From an uncultured Thermoplasmatales archaeon (GTDB lineage Archaea; Thermoplasmatota; E2; DHVEG-1), in assembly GCA_964517155.1 (NCBI GenBank), contig CAZFAZ010000059.1, positions 1 to 48,235 on the forward strand: a stretch of 48,235 bases of DNA, in the 5' to 3' direction. The first letter of the stretch is position 1; every line of letters begins with the position of its first letter. The translations under genes and the position numbers were made by a program. Positions 36,267-43,895 of the stretch are shown here, in pieces. The notes below the pieces were generated by a model, which saw only the letters and a list, made by a program, of their open reading frames with translations, was not told the DNA's origin and searched no databases.

Positions 36267-39200
36267 TTATCCCAATACCAGACCTGCACACCATTGTTCT
36301 GTTACAGTTAATTCGAAATTTACACTTAACCATCCCGGAAATCCAAAACCTGAAATATCTGGTAGGAATAAACTTGCCTGTATCTCAAAGTACGTTGTAT
36401 CGATACAAAACATAAAACCATCACCCCATGGTTTAAATTCAAACGCAACACTACCATCAATTATAATATTTGCGTTAACTGAATTAATCTGCCAATCACC
36501 AATGGTAAAGGCAATAGAAATATCCCCCAGTTCAATAACGCTTTCACTTTCTATATGAATACCTGTTTCATTTACAAAAATATCTACAGTTCTATTGAAA
36601 AATATCTTCTCAGTATAAAAATAGAAAGTATCTGTCTGTATCTCAAAATCTGTTATATTGATGTTTACATTTTTATATCCAAATAGATCTCCACCGATGC
36701 TCAGATTATTTTTTGATATTCCATCGTTGAAATCCCAGTCAAACCATATAGTTCCATCCATTTGACCGTCAATGTCTATATCAAAGTTACCTGCAACTGA
36801 GAAGTTTGTATATTCATCGATATTTAAGTTTATATCTATATCTACATCTGTAAATGTATCATCAACATATATTGTAAGATTACCGCTTCTCCCTTTTCTC
36901 CAATGAATACCACCGGTTATTACCTTACTTATTTCTATAGTTATATTATCTCCATATTTGAATCTAAAGTTATCAACAGTAAAATCTGCAGAGCCTTCGA
37001 CTGAAAAGTTGCCGATATTTCCTTTTGTAAAGTTTATATAAATATATGATTCATTTGTATCAAAGATGAAATGACCATTAATCTCAGCAATTACTCCATT
37101 TATATCAGTCTGGAAGTTATTGAGATGTATCTCATTTGAGCCACCTATTGCGATACTTACATTTCCATTTCCCTCTTCAGTTACTGTAACATTACCGTTT
37201 CCAGGTAAGCTTGGATTTTGTATTCCAACATGAACTGAAACTTCAGCCACATTTACTGGATCATCTATATCAGTAACCTCGATTATTCCAGCAAGATTTG
37301 CATCTTCTTCATTTGGTGCATTGACTGTAAAATAAACTGTTTCTGCTCCACCCGGCAGTATTGTTCCATCAGTTTTCTGAAAACTATAATTGTCATTTGA
37401 AACGTTTGTTATACTCCAGCCAAGAGCTTCGGCTTTGTTATTATGAATCCAAATTGAGGAGGTTTTTTGTTCACCAGGGCTTAAATCCGGAAGATAAATT
37501 GAAGAAGGAAAAACAGTAAGTGATTGCTTTATAGTCATAGGTATGCCAGCACCATCTCCTCCATATCCTGTATAGTTTATATTATCCGCCGAAAAATATA
37601 TTGTACTATGTTCTTTGTGATCAAGAGGAGGATAAAATGATGTATTAACCCTAACAGTTTCTTGAGGACCTAATATTCCCATCTCTGGTTCAACAATTGG
37701 ATCCATTCCTGTACTGTCAAATAATGCTGGTATAATAGCAGCCTCCCATTCAAGATTATAGTTTTCCTCTGCCTTATTACGTATTGTAAACCATGTATGA
37801 ATTCTTCCATCGCCTTCAACATCATCATATGTAAAAGATAATGGTCCATTTTCTGATATCTCAAGATAAGCTATTTTCTTGATGACTTCAAATGACAATA
37901 CATCGTATATAGGGGCAACTGAAGAATCAGAAGGTGTAACAATTACGGAGGCATTATAAGAACCTAAATTGAAAATATGATCGCCTGTAACTATTCTTGT
38001 ATTATCTGTAGTTTCTTCGTAATATGTTCCATCATCAAAAGAAACATTATATGTAAAAGGACCTATACTTGCACTACTCTCACCTATTGGTGGCGCATAC
38101 CACACTTCAAATCCTAAACTTTTGTTATCTCCATTTGTAGTGGTTATAAATTCATCAGCTATATCTGGAGGATTCATAAAAGATGCTTGGCACAAAAGTA
38201 TTACCTGACCAGAAGTATTAAACGGACTAATTGGAATCCAATCAGTATCATTTCCTTTAACTTGTACAACCGCAGAAATCTCTCCACTAACATTCAAATA
38301 AAGATCTGAATAGGTCGTAGTATCATCACTTTTGTTTATATTTATACTAAATTCGATATGCGCATTTAGTTTACCTGCAAATCTTAAAGAATCTGCAAGT
38401 ATAACCACTCCACTTACTTCTTTTGCATCTATAACAAAAGATTTGGTTCCATCACTTGATTCAGATTTACTGAACCATACATTTAATGCACCTATTAACT
38501 TAATCAGTTCCTTATCATTTGCTTTTATAGTTATCCAACTGGAACTATAACCAAAAAGATATATATCGCCTGTATTTTGGAGTAAAAAATCGATTTCACC
38601 GGGTTTTAAAACCAAGGAAAAATCAGACAAATCAGCAGGCAAATTCAAAATTGGAATAACAACATTTTCAACTGTAATAATTGTTTCTTCTTCAACAGTA
38701 CCTCTTAGATATACATAAGTAAATCCAGCTATATCTAAAAATCCTTCTAATTGTGCAGTTCCATTTATTGAAAGATTAGACATTGGGATTAAAATTCCTG
38801 CTAAATATAAGTTCAAATCTCCAATAAAACAACTGCTGTGGTCAAAATCAAAAACCGGTTGGCTTGTTGCCATGTTTAAACCTAAACCTACACTTCCACC
38901 TGTTCCACCACCAACAAAATCATAAACGAAAATTTGTAAAACTCCAGGGTAACCCAAATAAATTGTACCTGCCGTAATTTCATTTTCAGATATGATTGTT
39001 ATCATAAAAGGTGTGTCTTGTGATATATCAACATCAAATTCAATAGTTGTAGAACCATCAATATACAATGCCTCAACATTCAACTCGATAGGTAAAGTTG
39101 GAACGGGTACTACAAACCATAAAGAGTTTATTAAAATATTTGAATTACCAATAACTTGACCGCTAAGCAAAACAGTATCATTAACAGATAAAACTTCAAT

Positions 39201-41744
39201 TTTTCCATTTCCATCAAATGTTATATCCATATCAGCACTAACACCCAACGGCTGTGAAATAGAACTGTAGACACTCAAATCTGAAATTATGATATCTGTT
39301 AAATCAACATCTGCATAAAGTGAGATATTTCCATCGATGCTGCTGAAATTAACATTTAAACCGCCATTTATAAAAAGCCTGCTCATCGAGATATCTACTA
39401 ATGTTTTATATCTAAACTCAAAATCAGTAATATCAATAAAACCTGTTGCATCTGCTTCAAAGTCTCCATCGATAGATGTAACTCCTGATTCATTCCAAGC
39501 AATATTGATTACTCCAGAAGCTGTGGCATCAAGACCAACTTGTAAAGAACCTTTCAAAGTTATATCAAATAAATCAGTGATATTTATATTTTCAATGTTA
39601 ACATTTGCAGAAATCATATTATCATTAAGATGCAACATTAAACTACCAGTTTTTCCAACAGTATTTAACTCAAAGTTTATAGATATCTCAGGAATAGATA
39701 TTTCTGCCTTATCTTTAATCCATAAATAAAAATCAGAAAGACCAACAAGAGCACTACCATTTATGTTAAAACTAGTGTTTGCATCAATTATCTCCCATGA
39801 AACATTAAAAAGATCACTTGTTGTTTTAAACTGAATCGTACCAGAAACACGACCTACTACACCACTTTCATCACTATATGTTGAGTTAAATGAAAGAATA
39901 GCCGAACTGTTACTCTTAATTACAATATACCCACTTGAAAGATCGCTTGCTACATGCCACTCAACAATTGATACACAAATGGAAAACGGATACTCTTTTA
40001 CAACACTTCCAGAGGTGCTAATACTTTCACGAGCAAATACAAAATTATTAAATTTTAACAAAAGATTTTCTATTTCTGCACCGCGGTCTATTTCAAAACG
40101 ACAAATACCAGTTATATTATTTCCTTGTTTTTCAACTGAAAGACTAAAACTTATAAAACCATAGGTTTCTTTTATAAGACTATCCATTGAAACAGAAAAA
40201 TTCCCACCTATAATCTCTGAAAAACCCGTTATATCTACATCATAAAGTTCAAATGATTTACCAGATAGATATATCTCTAATTCGCCATCATATAAATCAT
40301 CAAAGAAAATCTCAAAAGGACCATCGCTAAGACGAGCAATATTAAAAGAACCAGAAAGAGTAGAAAGAAAACTGCTTATTGACTCATTTAAAACAGAAAT
40401 AGAAAACGACACAAATAAGTCAAACTCGTTTCTATTAATCCTAAAATAACCTTCTGATAAATCAAGCTCCAAAGAAGCATCAATAACTGTTGCATCAGGG
40501 CTTATGCTAAAATCAGCATTACCGCCAGAATCACCTTCAAGATGAATATTAAAGCTTACACCTGCACCTTCTGTATAAATACTAGCGTTGAAACTACCTT
40601 GTTTTAAAAGCAGGAAAGGATCACGATTCCATTCAAGAATTGCTGTTGTAAACATATCTGAGAAATATACTTTGTTTTTAGGGTTATCAATATTATCACA
40701 CAGACCAATTTCCGCGATTGCTGAATCTGTGCTAAACTCAGCCTTACCCTGCTGGCCAAGTCTTAATGAAAAACCAACATAACTAGGTAAATCAAGTGCA
40801 TAAGCATATGTTTTATTTTCGCCTTTTATATGTGCAAGATATAAATCAACATTCGTCTGAGAAGAAACAGTTCTTTCATACTCAAAAAACGAAACACCAG
40901 AGCCTCTGCTTCTTTTAAATGTTATTTCAGATGAAACAACAGGATCGTACGACACCTTTGAAAAAACCTCTGATCTGTCATCTGCTTCTGTAAAGCCAAA
41001 TATAAGATTAAGTTTAGCAGAGCCTTCTGAAACAGCATCTGTATCTATTGCAAAAATATGATCAGGTGTTTTTTTAATAGAAAAAATATGAGGCACTAGT
41101 TTATATGTTACAGAACATTTCTCAGGAATATTTTCCCCTTCAGCAGATTCATACCCAAATTCTAGTTTATCATCTGTTAGATTTTTAGATAAAATTCCAG
41201 GGAAATTTAACTCAGACATAGCCTTAAAATACGCGTTTTTGTCAAGGTCATCAAAACCTGAAAGCTGATTTATTGATATTTTATAATTTATTGAAAGAGC
41301 AAGTGATGATTCAATACCCGGATAAAGTTGTAGTAAAACTACAATATCGTCTTTTGAATCATCATTTAAATCAATTTTTGTTTGCCTAAAAAGTCTTAAA
41401 GTATCTGTTTTTTCATTACCATTATAGTTTGTATAAAATTCAAGACCTGTTTTAATAATACTAAATAAATTCATAGTTTTGTAAAGGGAAAATTGTTTGA
41501 GTTGAATATCTGATTCATCTGAAAAATATTCAACTGTGTTTAGCTGATTTTTAAAGTTTTGTATTTTTTCTTTTAAATCCTCTATTTTTTCTTTAAAAGC
41601 TGATTTTAGGTTTAAATTATTTGTATCAATTTTTTTGTTATTGTTATAAAAAGCACTTGCTACCGCAGAGAATCCTGAAAGTACTAACACTATTACAACA
41701 AGAAAACTAACTACTCTTTTTGATTTTTTTTTCAGCATATGCAT
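36267..41744 (-). CDS. Giant (1825 aa) secreted or cell-surface protein, mostly unassignable
   Basis: Uninterrupted 5.5-kb frame. Signal peptide VVIVLVLSGFSAVASA, a short coiled-coil-like segment, dozens of N-x-S/T sequons, and PKD/Ig-like stretches near aa 1150-1400 (YNVSFDDGTYY). No PGF-CTERM. Confidence 0.8.
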   Translation of the reverse strand: MHMLKKKSKRVVSFLVVIVLVLSGFSAVASAFYNNNKKIDTNNLNLKSAFKEKIEDLKEKIQNFKNQLNTVEYFSDESDIQLKQFSLYKTMNLFSIIKTGLEFYTNYNGNEKTDTLRLFRQTKIDLNDDSKDDIVVLLQLYPGIESSLALSINYKISINQLSGFDDLDKNAYFKAMSELNFPGILSKNLTDDKLEFGYESAEGENIPEKCSVTYKLVPHIFSIKKTPDHIFAIDTDAVSEGSAKLNLIFGFTEADDRSEVFSKVSYDPVVSSEITFKRSRGSGVSFFEYERTVSSQTNVDLYLAHIKGENKTYAYALDLPSYVGFSLRLGQQGKAEFSTDSAIAEIGLCDNIDNPKNKVYFSDMFTTAILEWNRDPFLLLKQGSFNASIYTEGAGVSFNIHLEGDSGGNADFSISPDATVIDASLELDLSEGYFRINRNEFDLFVSFSISVLNESISSFLSTLSGSFNIARLSDGPFEIFFDDLYDGELEIYLSGKSFELYDVDITGFSEIIGGNFSVSMDSLIKETYGFISFSLSVEKQGNNITGICRFEIDRGAEIENLLLKFNNFVFARESISTSGSVVKEYPFSICVSIVEWHVASDLSSGYIVIKSNSSAILSFNSTYSDESGVVGRVSGTIQFKTTSDLFNVSWEIIDANTSFNINGSALVGLSDFYLWIKDKAEISIPEISINFELNTVGKTGSLMLHLNDNMISANVNIENINITDLFDITLKGSLQVGLDATASGVINIAWNESGVTSIDGDFEADATGFIDITDFEFRYKTLVDISMSRLFINGGLNVNFSSIDGNISLYADVDLTDIIISDLSVYSSISQPLGVSADMDITFDGNGKIEVLSVNDTVLLSGQVIGNSNILINSLWFVVPVPTLPIELNVEALYIDGSTTIEFDVDISQDTPFMITIISENEITAGTIYLGYPGVLQIFVYDFVGGGTGGSVGLGLNMATSQPVFDFDHSSCFIGDLNLYLAGILIPMSNLSINGTAQLEGFLDIAGFTYVYLRGTVEEETIITVENVVIPILNLPADLSDFSLVLKPGEIDFLLQNTGDIYLFGYSSSWITIKANDKELIKLIGALNVWFSKSESSDGTKSFVIDAKEVSGVVILADSLRFAGKLNAHIEFSININKSDDTTTYSDLYLNVSGEISAVVQVKGNDTDWIPISPFNTSGQVILLCQASFMNPPDIADEFITTTNGDNKSLGFEVWYAPPIGESSASIGPFTYNVSFDDGTYYEETTDNTRIVTGDHIFNLGSYNASVIVTPSDSSVAPIYDVLSFEVIKKIAYLEISENGPLSFTYDDVEGDGRIHTWFTIRNKAEENYNLEWEAAIIPALFDSTGMDPIVEPEMGILGPQETVRVNTSFYPPLDHKEHSTIYFSADNINYTGYGGDGAGIPMTIKQSLTVFPSSIYLPDLSPGEQKTSSIWIHNNKAEALGWSITNVSNDNYSFQKTDGTILPGGAETVYFTVNAPNEEDANLAGIIEVTDIDDPVNVAEVSVHVGIQNPSLPGNGNVTVTEEGNGNVSIAIGGSNEIHLNNFQTDINGVIAEINGHFIFDTNESYIYINFTKGNIGNFSVEGSADFTVDNFRFKYGDNITIEISKVITGGIHWRKGRSGNLTIYVDDTFTDVDIDINLNIDEYTNFSVAGNFDIDIDGQMDGTIWFDWDFNDGISKNNLSIGGDLFGYKNVNINITDFEIQTDTFYFYTEKIFFNRTVDIFVNETGIHIESESVIELGDISIAFTIGDWQINSVNANIIIDGSVAFEFKPWGDGFMFCIDTTYFEIQASLFLPDISGFGFPGWLSVNFELTVTEQWCAGLVLG

Positions 41745-42052
41745 TTTCTCCCCGAATTTAATTTTACTTTTTAAATATTATAATAATAATTATGTATAAC
41801 ATCTTATATATACTTTTTTATAAAATCAATATTTTAAAATGCTAAAATTATAGCTTTTATTCTAGTATTTATGTAATAACCTATTATATATATTCTAAAG
41901 ATATCGGGTTAAAATGTCAAAACGTTAAATTCAATTTTGTTTCAAAGTATTACCTCTAAAAAAAGATTTTAGTTAGAAAATCCTCATCCATCTGCCACAA
42001 CAGTATAAAAAGGGGTGAAAATGCTGTGCCAAAACCCTTCAAGAAAGAACAG

Positions 42053-42126
42053 CGGGCTTGAGGGGATTCGAACCCCTGGCCAATCGGTTAAGAGCCGATT
42101 GCTCTACCTAGCTGAGCTACAAGCCC
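42053..42126 (-). tRNA. tRNA-Lys (anticodon CUU), no encoded CCA
   Basis: A manual cloverleaf fold gives: acceptor GGGCTTG/CAAGCCC, D stem GCTC/GAGC, anticodon stem ATCGG/CCGAT with loop CTCTTAA, T stem AGGGG/CCCCT with loop TTCGAAT, discriminator G. Confidence 0.9.
42097..42126 (-). repeat. att-like direct repeat copy 1 (tRNA-Lys positions 1-30, inside the intact gene)
   Basis: GATTGCTCTACCTAGCTGAGCTACAAGCCC on the plus strand. Confidence 0.8.
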
Positions 42127-42219
42127 ATCTTGTAAATCGTATGGAGAAACAGGATTAGATATTTAGGCTTAACGATACCAAACGGCTCATAATATTTAAT
42201 ACCATTTCAGCATGTTTAT

Positions 42220-43551
42220 TCATTTGATTATTTCCCAATAACCACCTTTTGCAGGGCCAACTCTCTTAAGAAATTCTTTTTCTTTTAATTTAGCGATATT
42301 CTTTTCTACAGCAGTAGTGGACAAACCAAGTAATTTAGAAAGCTTAGAAATAGTTACAAATCTGTCATCCTTTATGATTTCTAGGATTTTCTCCTCATTT
42401 TCTCCCAACTTTCTCCCAACTTTCTCCCAACTTTTCTCCGTACTTTCTCCTTTTGGAGCAGAAAATGTTATATGAAAATGATGATCTGTTGGTTTGATCT
42501 CAACTTTGTTATTATTTTTCTTGCATTCCTCTTGTATCCTTTTTATTCCTGTACCGACTTTCTCCATAAAATACGTACGAGACAGAAGATCTGCAAGAAG
42601 TGTATTTCTAGGTTTACTTACCGTTCCAAATTCTTCCTTTTTAAGATATGGAACAAGACCACCAGGGTTATTAATATAAATAAAATCCCTCATTTTCTCA
42701 ACAGCAACTTCACCACTATCAAAATAATCACGATGAACAATGGCATTTACAACTGCCTCACGATATGCATCTTTTGGAAATTGGGGAAATTCCTTTCGAT
42801 ACAGTCCATCAATCTCAAATCTGACAGGAACTTGTTCTTCTAGATAGTTTACAGCAAACTCAATATTACCAATTATGCCCCTATCCACCTCTTTTTTATC
42901 AAGGATATGAACACGATCATTGCCTTTAAAAAGAACACAACGAATACGAGAAGTCATAAGATACTTGAATGGTTTTTTTGCAAAAAACAAAACACCAGCA
43001 TTTGTCATTCCTTTTTCAGTTAAAACATGTAGACTACGAAGAATATCATCTCTTTTAAGATTCCTAGAGATACGTGCAAGTTTGAGATAATATTCAAATT
43101 TTTCATCATCAAAATCTGAAAAATCAAAGTTTTCACATATTTGCTCATCAAAACGAATTTTATTTTCATATATACAGAATTGGATGATTTCATCACGTGT
43201 AAGTTTTTGAGAATTATAACCAAGTCTAAGATAAAAACCACTTGAACATTGATATGGTTTATCTTTTCCTTCTTCAACTTCGATAATCAATATATTTTCA
43301 TATTCTTCTAAATCTACAAAGATTTTTGGATCACAATTCTTTCCGATATCGATAATCTTGGACTTCAGATCATTTGTGGTTTTTATACCTTTTACAATGT
43401 TTTCATCAGTAACTCCAAGAAAAATTCTCCCACCCGAAGCATTAGCAAAAGCCACTATGTCCTTAACAACATGTTTACTAAAATTTTCTTTAAACTCAAT
43501 GAATTGTCCTTCACCTTCTTCCAAGATCTGCTTTAAATCATCCTGATTCAT
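42220..43551 (-). CDS. AlbA_2 (Schlafen-like) domain / HATPase_c_4 / C-terminal wHTH protein (the class often annotated as RecG-like putative transcriptional regulator)
   Basis: N-terminus EGEGQFIEFKENFSKHVVKDIVAFANASGGRIFLGV (AlbA_2 pattern). YREAVVNAIVHRDY...INNPGGL (HATPase_c_4 pattern). C-terminal ILEIIKDDRFVTISKLSKLLGLSTTAVEKNIAKLKE (wHTH). Confidence 0.8.
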   Translation of the reverse strand: MNQDDLKQILEEGEGQFIEFKENFSKHVVKDIVAFANASGGRIFLGVTDENIVKGIKTTNDLKSKIIDIGKNCDPKIFVDLEEYENILIIEVEEGKDKPYQCSSGFYLRLGYNSQKLTRDEIIQFCIYENKIRFDEQICENFDFSDFDDEKFEYYLKLARISRNLKRDDILRSLHVLTEKGMTNAGVLFFAKKPFKYLMTSRIRCVLFKGNDRVHILDKKEVDRGIIGNIEFAVNYLEEQVPVRFEIDGLYRKEFPQFPKDAYREAVVNAIVHRDYFDSGEVAVEKMRDFIYINNPGGLVPYLKKEEFGTVSKPRNTLLADLLSRTYFMEKVGTGIKRIQEECKKNNNKVEIKPTDHHFHITFSAPKGESTEKSWEKVGRKLGENEEKILEIIKDDRFVTISKLSKLLGLSTTAVEKNIAKLKEKEFLKRVGPAKGGYWEIIK

Positions 43552-43721
43552 GTTACTGATAACCTTCTTTTTTCAAATCTGTAGATTATATCTAATATAG
43601 ATATGTAAAAACATCTTATAAAACTCATCATTTGTTGAATGATTGCAATATTTTCAAAATCTTTTCGTTATACAATATAACGAAATATTTCTTTAATTTA
43701 ACAGAAGAGCAGATTGAATTA

Positions 43722-43751
43722 GATTGTTCTACCTAGCTGAGCTACAAGCCC
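43722..43751 (-). repeat. att-like direct repeat copy 2 (truncated tRNA-Lys 5' half with its own promoter-like region)
   Basis: GATTGTTCTACCTAGCTGAGCTACAAGCCC, matching copy 1 at 29/30. The 17-mer AGGCTTAACGATACCAA at 43789..43805 is identical to 42165..42181 and sits at the same offset. Confidence 0.8.
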
Positions 43752-43895
43752 AAAGAAAAAACATAGGAAGAAACAAGAACGATTATATAGGCTTAACGAT
43801 ACCAAGCGCATCAAAAAAAGAATGACTCTACATTACAAATAATTGCTATTATAAAAAAACTGATTATGGTTAAATCAAATTGAGAAAATGAGGTT

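Larger units (their letters stand above)
42127..43751 (-). mobile_element. Integrated islet A (about 1.6 kb), bounded by tRNA-Lys 5'-half copies 1 and 2; no recombinase gene
   Basis: Flanked by direct repeats identical at 29/30 positions. Contains one gene (AlbA_2-type) plus a tRNA promoter-like block. Confidence 0.5.

Noticed and set aside
36267-41744. Short ORFs on either strand inside the giant gene (for example 37670..37864 minus-strand alternate frame, 38332..38550, 39337..39729, 39979..40164, 40588..40782), and similar ones inside other long genes
   Set aside because: They are fully embedded in much longer, motif-supported frames. They have no start-site signals and their composition is typical of antisense or alternate-frame shadow ORFs.
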